A stretch of DNA of 63,585 nucleotides, filler included. It is 8 parts of 8 records of this genome, joined end to end, with 100 filler letters (N's around TTAATTAATTAA, not from the genome) between each part and the next. Parts side by side here need not be neighbours in the genome. Positions count along the whole stretch, not along the records: positions 43,439 to 53,190 come from SRR31147125_39586; positions 53,291 to 58,431 come from SRR31147125_39588; positions 58,532 to 63,585 come from SRR31147125_39713; 5 more parts are not named here. The stretch is one strand, 5' to 3'. Shown piece by piece: positions 52,043 to 61,131 of this stretch. Under the pieces are notes generated by a model. It worked only from the letters and a program-made list of their open reading frames with translations, ran no database searches and was not told where the DNA came from. The stretch's first letter is position 1. The number at the start of each line of letters is the position of its first letter. The translations under genes were made by a program, and so were the position numbers.

Positions 52043-53083
52043 TTATTTAGACCAGTACTGATCAATATTGTCTTTGGTCACAAAGGCCGCATCGGTCAGA
52101 AGTCTTCCCGCCGGAGGAACTTCACCGGCTACAATGTAGTTGAACAACCGTACGGCAGGATCATGTCCCTGGGCGAAGGGTCCCTGTCCGATGGTTCCGG
52201 TGATGACACCCTTTTTCACGTATTCCATGGTTTCATCCACAAAATCGTAACTGATGATCTTCACTTCACCGGCCTTTTTCGCATCTTCCACGGCAGCCGC
52301 GGCTCCGAAGGGACCGCCGGCGGTTACATAGATGGCAGACAGATCGGAATTGGCTGTCATCATGTCCTGAGTCAGGGCATAGGCCATATCGGCCTGATCC
52401 TGATTTTCCACCCTGTCGACAATTTCGATACCAGGCGCATTATCTTTCAGGTAGTCTTCAAATCCCAGCCGGCGCAGCTCGTGAGCTTCCACACTGAAGA
52501 ATCCGGTGATGACCCCCACTTTCCCTTTTCCATCCAGAGCTTCCGCCATGTACTGACCAGCTCTCTGCCCCTGTTCATACAGGTCGGCACCCACAAAGAA
52601 AACCCTCTTGTTCTCTGAATCCGTCTCGGAGTTGAAGGTTGCAATGGGGATTCCCGCGTCAACGGCCTTGTTGATGTAGGGTACAATGCCGCTGTCGCCG
52701 GCGATGGTGGCAATGGCGTCGTATTCCTGAATCATGGCGGATTCGATGGCGGTTCCGAACACACTGGCACCGTGGGTTGTTCCGGAGGGAACGATCCAGT
52801 CCACCTGACAGTTGTAGGATTTCAGTTCTTCGGCGGCTTTGAAGGCTCCCTCTTTCACGGGGATCCAGAAGGGATTGTTTTCAAGTCCCAGTACAGCAAT
52901 CTTGAGGGGAACATCAGACGCCTTGATCGGCTGTACCGTCCCTTCATCGTCAGCCTGCATGGCGCTGTCAAAGGGAGGAGGAGCGGGAAGCTCTTTCTTC
53001 ACATCCTGCTGTCCATTGGCAAATACCAGGCCTGCTGCCGCCAGGGCGAGCAGAACCGCACTCAGTAATTTCTTACCATTCAT
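52043..53083 (-). CDS. Monosaccharide ABC substrate-binding protein (RbsB-like)
   Basis: Signal FANGQQD, NPFW, AGIPIATFN and FVGAD motifs. Confidence 0.9.
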   Translation of the reverse strand: MNGKKLLSAVLLALAAAGLVFANGQQDVKKELPAPPPFDSAMQADDEGTVQPIKASDVPLKIAVLGLENNPFWIPVKEGAFKAAEELKSYNCQVDWIVPSGTTHGASVFGTAIESAMIQEYDAIATIAGDSGIVPYINKAVDAGIPIATFNSETDSENKRVFFVGADLYEQGQRAGQYMAEALDGKGKVGVITGFFSVEAHELRRLGFEDYLKDNAPGIEIVDRVENQDQADMAYALTQDMMTANSDLSAIYVTAGGPFGAAAAVEDAKKAGEVKIISYDFVDETMEYVKKGVITGTIGQGPFAQGHDPAVRLFNYIVAGEVPPAGRLLTDAAFVTKDNIDQYWSK

Positions 53084-53190
53084 ACTGTAAATCTCCTTTG
53101 CTCAGGCCGGACTGCAGGTGAATCCCGGAGTACGGTCCTGTTTAAATATTATCCGGCTGAAGCCGGAATTGCCCAAACTTTAACGAATCC

Positions 53191-53290
53191 NNNNNNNNNN
53201 NNNNNNNNNNNNNNNNNNNNNNNNNNNNNNNNNNTTAATTAATTAANNNNNNNNNNNNNNNNNNNNNNNNNNNNNNNNNNNNNNNNNNNN
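53191..53290. other. Artificial contig spacer
   Basis: N44-TTAATTAATTAA-N44. Confidence 0.97.
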
Positions 53291-53857
53291 GACAATCTGG
53301 ATGCCGTGATTCAGGCCATTCGGGTGATCGAAGATCAACGCGGATTGAATATCGCCAAACGGCGCATCACCATATCAACGGCAGGTTTGGTACCAGGCAT
53401 CAAACGCCTTGCCGCGCTGAATTGGCCGCAGATCAAACTGGCAGTCAGCCTCAATGCAGCCGATGACAACCGGCGCAACGCCCTGATGCCCGTCAATCGA
53501 CACCACGACCTGGATGAGCTTAGGAGTGCGCTGGCAAACTATCCCCTGGCCCGGGGCAATGTGCTTCTTGTTGAGTATGTCCTGATCAAAAACAGAAACG
53601 ACACTCCGGAAGATGCCCACAGGCTGGCAGGTTATGTAGAGGGTTTGCCGGTCCGCATCAACCTGATTCCCTACAATCCCAGGCGGTCATCCCCGTTTGA
53701 AGCGCCTTCGAACCAGGAGGTGGACCAGTTTCACCGGGCACTGATCGATTTGGGCCTCTTCGTGCGCCTGCGCAGCTCCAAAGGCGCCGACATCCGCGCC
53801 GCCTGCGGTCAACTGGGCGGACGCTCCATTGAAACGGCATTTAATAAGAAACGATAG
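53291..53857 (+). CDS. rlmN: 23S rRNA m2A2503 methyltransferase, 5' truncated
   Basis: ITISTAG, LAVSLNA, EYVLI, NLIPYNP and DIRAACGQL motifs. Confidence 0.93.
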   Translation, partial: DNLDAVIQAIRVIEDQRGLNIAKRRITISTAGLVPGIKRLAALNWPQIKLAVSLNAADDNRRNALMPVNRHHDLDELRSALANYPLARGNVLLVEYVLIKNRNDTPEDAHRLAGYVEGLPVRINLIPYNPRRSSPFEAPSNQEVDQFHRALIDLGLFVRLRSSKGADIRAACGQLGGRSIETAFNKKR

Positions 53858-53860
53858 AAT

Positions 53861-53984
53861 GTTTCAAAGGCCGTAGGGCTTCAGAGACAAGGTGGCGACG
53901 ATGAACCATAGAGGGCACGATGCATCGTGCCCCTACAACAATCCTTAGCCGACGCAGTCTCTGAAGCCCTCCGGCCTTTGAAAC
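53861..53984. repeat. Palindromic element with a nested REP
   Basis: 28-bp IR with one mismatch (53861-53888 / 53957-53984) enclosing TAGAGGGCACGATGCATCGTGCCCCTAC (53909-53936). Confidence 0.85.
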
Positions 53985-53985
53985 G

Positions 53986-54470
53986 TCAGGGTTTGGGGCT
54001 TGTCAGCGGATGCGACCGTTTTCCGGTAAGCTCGTCGATGTGGATGCGCCACACCCGCATGCCGGGTCCCGGCACCGCCGGCGATACCTGCCGATCCCGG
54101 GCATAGTGCTTCACCATCAGATCGAGGCCGCGGCTCTTCTCGCCGGGATCGTGCAACTCTTCGATCCGGCCCTGCCCGGCCACGCTTTCAAAGCGAAACT
54201 CCATTTGCATGGTTTCGACGGCGCGGCCAGCAGACGCAGGTCAGTCTCCATGGCGAAGGAAACCCGCGGGTTGCGGCGAACCATGTCGATCTTCTTCCCC
54301 TCCAAGGCGGTGTGAATATAAAGATGCCGGCCGTCATAACCGAAGCATACCGGTACGACATAAGGTATGTTATCGGCAGCCACCGCAAGGTGGCAGATCA
54401 GGCATCGATCAATGACGGCATCGATCTCAGACCGATCGGTGATTTCCTTCTCTTGACGCTGCATGGTCAT
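53986..54470 (-). CDS. Pyridoxamine 5'-phosphate oxidase-like flavin-binding protein (NimA-like; one frameshift near 54195)
   Basis: PYVVPVCFGY, YIHTALEGKK, NPRVSF and ELTGK motifs; adding one base restores CKWSFRFESVAG. Confidence 0.85.
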
Positions 54471-54527
54471 GGTTTCATTCCAGTTCTAATTCAATTTTGA
54501 GATCCGGCTCAGTGGGGCGCAAACCAT

Positions 54528-55283
54528 TCAGTTCTTCTCCGGGCTGCCGTTTTCAGTGGCGAGTTGAAGCACTTGCTCAAGTGCCGTCGCCTTCTCCGCA
54601 CCCATCTCGAGAAAGACAAAGGCGGCCCGCATGGCTGCGGGGCTGTTGTCGTGGTGCCACTCGGTGATGTTCATTTGCAGCAGCTTGCACGGCAAATCGA
54701 AAACCGAATCGAGATCCGGCTGATCCGGTATATGCAACGAAAGCAGCAAGTCACTTTGCATCAACAGATTGGGCTCAAAGGTCACCATCTCGGCCAGAAC
54801 GCCGCCTCTGCTGATATTGATGACAAAACCCTCGATACGTTGACCCTGCGAATAGATCGCCACCTCGGCCTGGGGAAGATAATATCTTTGATCTTTTCTC
54901 CAATTACGCGGATTGCAAATGGTGTTAATCTTTTTGATCAGATCCGCCGGTCGCACACGCATCATCACTACGTGCTCAAAGCCCTGCCGCATCAGCTCAT
55001 TGATGTCCGTGCCATTGTCCTCTTCGGAGAGAACAATGCAGGACGTATCTCTATTATGATCGGTTTCGGACATTCTCGAATTAAGCTCGGACAAAGACAT
55101 TTCCTGAAAAAGGGTCGATACAATGACGACATCAAAAGCGTTCATAGAGAGCTCGGAAAGTGCTTCCTCGCCGTTTTCCGCTTCGCTGAAGTCGACATCA
55201 CTCAACTCAGCATAGACAAATTTTTTTATCAGGCCGCGTATGGAGCGGGTAGGATGGATCAGCAAGATTTGTCGGATTCGCAT
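54528..55283 (-). CDS. Atypical receiver domain fused to PilZ domain
   Basis: REC-like N-terminus (EAENGEEAL..FDVVIVS); PilZ motifs RKDQR and NISRGG. Confidence 0.78.
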   Translation of the reverse strand: MRIRQILLIHPTRSIRGLIKKFVYAELSDVDFSEAENGEEALSELSMNAFDVVIVSTLFQEMSLSELNSRMSETDHNRDTSCIVLSEEDNGTDINELMRQGFEHVVMMRVRPADLIKKINTICNPRNWRKDQRYYLPQAEVAIYSQGQRIEGFVINISRGGVLAEMVTFEPNLLMQSDLLLSLHIPDQPDLDSVFDLPCKLLQMNITEWHHDNSPAAMRAAFVFLEMGAEKATALEQVLQLATENGSPEKN

Positions 55284-55494
55284 TCGAAGCGTTCTCCTTT
55301 AACCACCTTTATCCTATAGATCAAATCATTTGCTACCAATGAATCTGATTCCTGCAGATCTGAAACAATCGCCGCTACTTCTCAGTGTGATGCGAAGCCA
55401 AAAGGGGATGTATGCCCTATAGCACAAGCAGTGCTCACAAGGCAATCTTTACGCCGTAATACGGGCCAGTGGTCACGACTGAAAGGAAGATCCG

Positions 55495-56361
55495 TTACTC
55501 TTTCTCTTTACTTGCGTTGAAGAACAGTGCCGCGGCATTGAGCCCGCACACCTTGTTCTTCTGCTCCACGCTCAGACCCGCCTGATCCATTTCGTCATAA
55601 TAGCGTTTGGGAGCAAGCAGCGGGTAGTCGGTTCCGAACAGGATCTTATCTTCTCCGGCGAGATCCATCGCCAGGCGGTAGATATCCGGTCGGTAGAGAA
55701 AAGGAGATGCGGCCGTGTCGAACCACACATTGGACAGGGTCTGGGTCACCTCTTTCTTCATCAGATTGTACCAGAAGATGCCGCCGCCCCAATGGGCCAG
55801 GATCAAACGCGTCGACGCATACTTCTTGACCAGGGCATAGATCTGCGCCAACGTGTTGCTGGTTTTACCCGGGTACTGGTGTCCAACCGGCTCGTTGGTG
55901 TGAATCATCACGGGGCAGTCGTACTGGCGGGCCAGGGCCATAATGGCATCCATGCCGTCGAGGGCTTGGCACGCCATATCGGAGCAGTAAAAGGCCAGTT
56001 CTCCCACGCCGGAAAGACCGGCATCCAAACATCGCTCGACCTCCCGGGCCGCTTCAGGTTGTTCGGCATCCATGCAGCACAACCCAATCAATCGGTCGGG
56101 GTAGCGCTGAACCGATTCCAAAATGTAATCGTTATGGCGTTTGAAGATATCGGCCGTACACCAGGGAAAACCAAAGGTGACCGCCTTGTCCACATCGTGG
56201 GCATCCATGGCCGCCACCAGCTCATCCGCACCGACCATTTTGGATTTGGGCGACGCATAGAGCAGTTCAAAAGCGGGTTCGTTGTCAAGAAAACGCTCGC
56301 GCTGGTTGCGAATCGTGCCGGGAAAAATGTGTGTATGTGCATCGATGATCATAGCAGGCAT
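55495..56361 (-). CDS. Amidohydrolase_2 family metal-dependent hydrolase
   Basis: IDAHTH, GVGEL, IHTNEP, LAHWGGG and LFGTDYP motifs. Confidence 0.88.
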   Translation of the reverse strand: MPAMIIDAHTHIFPGTIRNQRERFLDNEPAFELLYASPKSKMVGADELVAAMDAHDVDKAVTFGFPWCTADIFKRHNDYILESVQRYPDRLIGLCCMDAEQPEAAREVERCLDAGLSGVGELAFYCSDMACQALDGMDAIMALARQYDCPVMIHTNEPVGHQYPGKTSNTLAQIYALVKKYASTRLILAHWGGGIFWYNLMKKEVTQTLSNVWFDTAASPFLYRPDIYRLAMDLAGEDKILFGTDYPLLAPKRYYDEMDQAGLSVEQKNKVCGLNAAALFFNASKEKE

Positions 56362-56475
56362 CCGTTATAACCGTTTGAATGAATAGATCGAACCGGCATC
56401 CCGTCCATATAAATTATCGCCGGGTGATACCATATCGGCTTGTTTTTGTCTTGCCCTTAGTCACGACGATCACCC

Positions 56476-57291
56476 TCAACGCCCCTGCCCGCCCGATACC
56501 GGCTCCTGGGCCGCCCAGGCATAGATCTGCTCTCCGAGCAGGCCGTTGCAGGTTTTGGCCGTCTCGACCGTGGCGGTATGGCGTACGTTGGTCAGCGCCA
56601 TATCCAGGCCGGCCGCAGCCAGCATAGGCAGAAACGCGCACTCCAACGCAATCTTGCGCGCCACCGACGCCGGCCCCGAAGCGAGATTGGAGATGCCGGC
56701 AACAGTGCGGACCGGTACTCCCAGCAGATCAGGCAACGTACCGACAACATTGAGCACCGCACGGTTGTGGCGCGCCCCATCCTGCCAGGAGAGAGGCGCC
56801 ACGACCGGATCAATGATCAGGCGGGCCGGGTCGAGACCGGCGTCCGCATAGGCACCGAAGAGGGCCACCGCTACCTCCATCATCTCCGCTGCGTCGATAG
56901 GCACCTGGCTGTTGGGGTGGAGCAGATAGCCGATGATATCGACATCGTACCGCCGCGCCAGGGGCAATATCCCATCGAGTTTGTTGGGTTCCAGGGAAAA
57001 TCCGTTGATGATGCACCGCCCCCGGCAAGCATTGAGACCCGCCGCCATGGCCGCAGCATTGACCGTATCCAGCAACAGCGGCAGGTCGGTCATCGCCTGA
57101 ACCGTCTCGACCAGAAATATCATGCGCTCCTGCGGCCGCTTAGGCAACGGACCGGGGTTGATATCCAGGGCCTGGGCACCGCACCCAATGCACTCCCGGA
57201 CCATCTCCCGCACCGGTTCCGGGTCCATGCGCTCAATCGCACTGGCAAAAGCGGGTTGCATGACATGCAGGTTGTCAGCGACAATGATCAT
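56476..57291 (-). CDS. Pterin-binding protein (DHPS fold), AcsE/methyltetrahydrofolate methyltransferase-like
   Basis: LDINPG, PLLLDT, IING, LIIDP and GISN motifs; start reassigned to MIIVADN. Confidence 0.78.
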   Translation of the reverse strand: MIIVADNLHVMQPAFASAIERMDPEPVREMVRECIGCGAQALDINPGPLPKRPQERMIFLVETVQAMTDLPLLLDTVNAAAMAAGLNACRGRCIINGFSLEPNKLDGILPLARRYDVDIIGYLLHPNSQVPIDAAEMMEVAVALFGAYADAGLDPARLIIDPVVAPLSWQDGARHNRAVLNVVGTLPDLLGVPVRTVAGISNLASGPASVARKIALECAFLPMLAAAGLDMALTNVRHTATVETAKTCNGLLGEQIYAWAAQEPVSGGQGR

Positions 57292-57639
57292 GTTCGCAAA
57301 GAGCTCCTCTATCGAAGAACACATTTATGACGGTAATATCCCAGGTCATCGCCAACAGCAACCGTGGTGGCATCGCCTGAACCGCCTTGCCCATGGGACA
57401 TACATGCTGAAAGACGAAAGATCAAACCACCTCACGGACGCCGGAAATGCCGGCGCTTGGATCATTGGCAATCGGCACCGCTTTGTTGTATAGAACGGCA
57501 CCGGATGCAACGATCCCAAACGGATGCCTTGCCAAGGCACAATAAAACACTATCTTCTGCAATCACCAAGAGATGGCGCTAACGGTCACTGTTCGTGCCG
57601 TTCAGCGAAGAACACTAAAAGGAAAGAAAGGAAAAGATT

Positions 57640-58146
57640 GTGGTAAAACTAGAAACCAGCATGGGTGATATCTATCTGGAACTCTACGAAGAGAAGGCCC
57701 CCAACAGTTCGGCCAACTTTTTGTCCTATGTCAACAGCGGTCACTATGACGGCACCATCTTCCATCGGGTCATCGACGGGTTTATGATCCAGGGAGGGGG
57801 CATGACCGCCGACATGTCCGAAAAATCGACCGGTGATCCCATCGAGAATGAAGCCGACAATGGGCTGACCAACGATCCCTACACCGTGGCAATGGCACGC
57901 ACCATGGACCCCCACAGCGCCACCGCCCAATTCTTTATCAACGTCAAAAAGAACGATTTCCTCAACCACACCACCAAAAACGAGCGTGGATGGGGCTATG
58001 CGGTCTTCGGCAAAGTGGTCAAGGGCCACGGCGTGGTCAACAAAATCAAAACGGTATCCACCGGCCGCGCAGGCATGCACGACGACGTCCCCAAAGATCC
58101 CATCGAGATCGTTAAAGCCGAAGTGGTAGACGCCCTACCCGAATAA
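57640..58146 (+). CDS. ppiB: Cyclophilin-type peptidyl-prolyl cis-trans isomerase
   Basis: YDGTIFHRVIDGFMIQGGG, AMART, SATAQFFIN and GYAVFGKV motifs. Confidence 0.93.
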   Translation: MVKLETSMGDIYLELYEEKAPNSSANFLSYVNSGHYDGTIFHRVIDGFMIQGGGMTADMSEKSTGDPIENEADNGLTNDPYTVAMARTMDPHSATAQFFINVKKNDFLNHTTKNERGWGYAVFGKVVKGHGVVNKIKTVSTGRAGMHDDVPKDPIEIVKAEVVDALPE

Positions 58147-58176
58147 AGCAAAAACCAACTGTGAGTAAAAAAACGG

Positions 58177-58203
58177 CCGGCAACACCAACCGCCGGCCTT
58201 TTC
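58177..58203 (+). terminator. Probable intrinsic terminator after the cyclophilin gene
   Basis: GGCCGGC / GCCGGCC stem followed by TTTT. Confidence 0.55.
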
Positions 58204-58431
58204 ATTCCATGCCCTACCCAGTTTTCGGTTCACCTGTTGCAAATGACGAACACGTAAAAAGTACAAAAACAGCTTTTAACGTCATACCGGCAAAATCCAA
58301 ACCATTGCCTTTTCAACAACTTCTGGATGCCGGATCAAGCTCGGCGACAGGTGAGCAACTTAAACGATTTCACCATTTCCTTCCTTTTTTTCACCACCTA
58401 CAGAGGTGAGGGGGGCAGTGGGGGTATCCAA

Positions 58432-58531
58432 NNNNNNNNNNNNNNNNNNNNNNNNNNNNNNNNNNNNNNNNNNNNTTAATTAATTAANNNNNNNNNNNNN
58501 NNNNNNNNNNNNNNNNNNNNNNNNNNNNNNN
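58432..58531. other. Artificial contig spacer
   Basis: N44-TTAATTAATTAA-N44. Confidence 0.97.
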
Positions 58532-58532
58532 G

Positions 58533-59729
58533 TGGAAAGACTGTGGCGACAATCCGCTTTATCCGCAGGGAGGAACATGGATTTTCGACCGTGCTTACTG
58601 GTGCCCCGGCGATTTGCAAGTGCCCGATGTGGTAGATATTCCTTTAACAAAAGCAAGCCATAAACTAGATTTAGATATGGAGCCTTTTACAGCCAACGAC
58701 AAAGGCCAGCCAAAGGAACAAATTACTTCGTATTTCTTTCAGTTTGACGAACCAAATGCAAATAATGATGTAATTATTGAAGAAATTATTGCACCAAATA
58801 AAAAGGACAACTACAACCGCTTCAATCCACGTGGTTTTAATCCGCTCATTAAAATCCGAAACCTTGGAAAACGAGATCTGAAAAAGCTAAAAATTGTGTA
58901 CAAAACTGTTGGCTTCGAAGAAAAAGTGTTCAAGTGGAAAGGAAGTCTTGGATTTTATGAGGCCGCATTAATCTCGCTTCCCGGAGAAATTAACATGAAC
59001 AAAGGAATCAATACTTTCTCTGTTTTGCTTGAAGAACCAAACGGAAAAGAAGACGAATGGGATGGCGACAATAATATGGAAGTGGAGTTTGAAAGTATTC
59101 CAACAATTCCGTCGAAGTTTGTGGTTGAATTTATGACCAATAACAAACCGGAAGATAACTGGGTGCACATTGTAAACAGCTCGTACGACACTTTGTATTC
59201 GAAAACTCCCGAGGTACTTGATTCGGCAACAACTTATATCGACACGCTGCAACTGGAAGAAGGAAACTATTTCCTGAACCTGGTTGACACTGCCGGAGAA
59301 GGACTTGAATTCTGGTTTTTGGCCGATGCCGGTTACGGACGTTTACGTTTGAAAGATACCGAAGGAAACCTGATACATTTGTTTGAAAGCGATAATGGGA
59401 ATGGCCAATTTTATGCCTTTCGCACCGATGATGATTTTAAGGTTGACACAACAGTTGCACACCTTTCGGTAAATATTTATCCGCGAATGGTGAAAGACTA
59501 TGCTACAATTTATACCTGTACCAATAAACCTTCAACATTAAAAATAAGAATTACAAAAGACGGTGAATACATTGAAATGCACGAATACACCAACATAAAA
59601 GATGCCCAAACCGGAATTGATCTTCAGCATTTAAAAGAGGGTCGTTACGTTATGGAAATTTATGTGGACGAAGAACACAAAATGAACCGCAGATTCAACA
59701 AAATACCTAAAACCGGATTTCGATTTTAA
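58533..59729 (+). CDS. Peptide-N-glycosidase F-related protein, 5' truncated
   Basis: In-frame from the contig start: CGDNPLYPQGGTWIFDRAYWCPG (PNGase F C-domain-type motif); C-terminal IYP...GRY segment resembles a secretion tail. Confidence 0.72.
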   Translation, partial: WKDCGDNPLYPQGGTWIFDRAYWCPGDLQVPDVVDIPLTKASHKLDLDMEPFTANDKGQPKEQITSYFFQFDEPNANNDVIIEEIIAPNKKDNYNRFNPRGFNPLIKIRNLGKRDLKKLKIVYKTVGFEEKVFKWKGSLGFYEAALISLPGEINMNKGINTFSVLLEEPNGKEDEWDGDNNMEVEFESIPTIPSKFVVEFMTNNKPEDNWVHIVNSSYDTLYSKTPEVLDSATTYIDTLQLEEGNYFLNLVDTAGEGLEFWFLADAGYGRLRLKDTEGNLIHLFESDNGNGQFYAFRTDDDFKVDTTVAHLSVNIYPRMVKDYATIYTCTNKPSTLKIRITKDGEYIEMHEYTNIKDAQTGIDLQHLKEGRYVMEIYVDEEHKMNRRFNKIPKTGFRF

Positions 59730-59753
59730 CCTAAGTCAATTTCATAATAGTTT

Positions 59754-59792
59754 TACCCGGGTACTTTCTTATTGTAAAGTCCCGGGTATTTT
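59754..59792 (+). terminator. Probable intrinsic terminator
   Basis: TACCCGGG.ACTTT / AAAGTCCCGGGTA stem followed by TTTT. Confidence 0.6.
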
Positions 59793-59799
59793 ATGCTCG

Positions 59800-60078
59800 A
59801 TAAAAAATGAAACACGCACTATTGAACCTACAAAAATTGGGATAGGATTACATGCCGGGAATGTGATTGCAGGAAACGTTGGAAACGACGAGCGAAAGCA
59901 ATATTCAGTAACCGGAAACCCGGTAATTATTGCCAGCCGTGCAGAACAGCTCAATAAAAGATATTACTCGAAACTGATAATTACAGAAGAGGTTTACAAC
60001 AAACTTAATGATTCATTTTTTATTCAACCTGAATTTATTGACGAAAAGGTTAAGGGGCGAATTTTTAGAATTGAATAG
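59800..60078 (+). pseudogene. C-terminal remnant of a class III adenylate/guanylate cyclase
   Basis: IGIGLHAGNVIAGNVG..YSVTGNPVIIASRAEQLNK..VKGR; the N-terminal half with the metal-binding Asp residues is absent. Confidence 0.75.
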
Positions 60079-60103
60079 ATTTATCCATTGTTATTAGGCT
60101 AGG

Positions 60104-61090
60104 TTATTTACTCAAATATTTTCTATTCAATGAGATAATTAAATCTTTATCCAAAAAAATTACATTTGAATTTATTACATCAGATAATTTGTGTTTTATT
60201 TTAATTTTTGCATTTTCTGAGAAAGTTCCACTTATTGCAATAATGACTTTTGAGATATATGAATTATTTCTTTTAATATCTTTCCACGGTACACTAAACG
60301 CATCATTACACTGTCCAATTAATTCGTCAACCTGAGAATTAACCTTCCCACTTATATTACCCGCTTTTACTTGAACTCCATAATAATCTTCTATACCGAA
60401 TTCATTTATCTTAGATAAAACAAAATCTTTCCCAAACTCCTTATTCCCATGATTATAGATGACCTTTTCAAAGCCCATTTTTAGAAATAGTGGATGAAGA
60501 AGTTCTAATGAAAATAATTTCTCATTTTTCTCATAATCAATTTTCCACATAAAGTCATTAATTTGCAAGTCAACAACTTTTTGTAATTGAGTTAGTATCG
60601 GTTTAATCTTATCCTCTAAGATTTTCCTAATCGAAATCGGACAATCGTCAAAATGAAAAGTTAATGTCAGTGAAGAAACATCTTCCATTCCATCTTCTTC
60701 GGTATATTCAATAGTTGGAGTGAGGTCTAAATGTTGGACTTCTGCAACCATTGCTCGATAATATACATAATCTTTATAATCAATATAATTTAAATCTCTT
60801 CCATATGAGGTTGTAATTACCTCAATCTGATTACCTTTCTTTTCTATCCCAAAAGGAAAACAAAGATGTAAACTTGTAATCAGGCACATCGAGATCCCCC
60901 ATAATATAAATCCCTATATTATTGGGGAACAAGTTTATATCAGTATCGAAATCTTCATAAAAACTAAGAATTTCCTCTTTTGGGAAAGCTCGAAATAAAA
61001 ACAACCATCATCATCGGGATCTCCCTCAACTACGCATTTCGATTTTCCTAAAGACAAAAAAACTTTATTTTCATTCTTTTTAAATTCCAT
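60104..61090 (-). CDS. Mrr-like / restriction-endonuclease-fold protein (probably two frameshifts in the 5' part)
   Basis: C-terminal MGFEKVIYNHGNKEFGKDFV..YYGVQVKAG (D..QxK); coding-like frames continue upstream to ATG at 61090. Confidence 0.65.
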
Positions 61091-61131
61091 AATTAACTTC
61101 AAATTTTATCTGATAATTAAGCCCAATAAAT

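Noticed and set aside
58245..58350. Degenerate GTCATACCGGC...CTGGATGCCGGATCAAG palindromic repeat remnant and ORF 58161..58409
   Set aside because: Too decayed to delimit confidently; the ORF over it has no coding signature.
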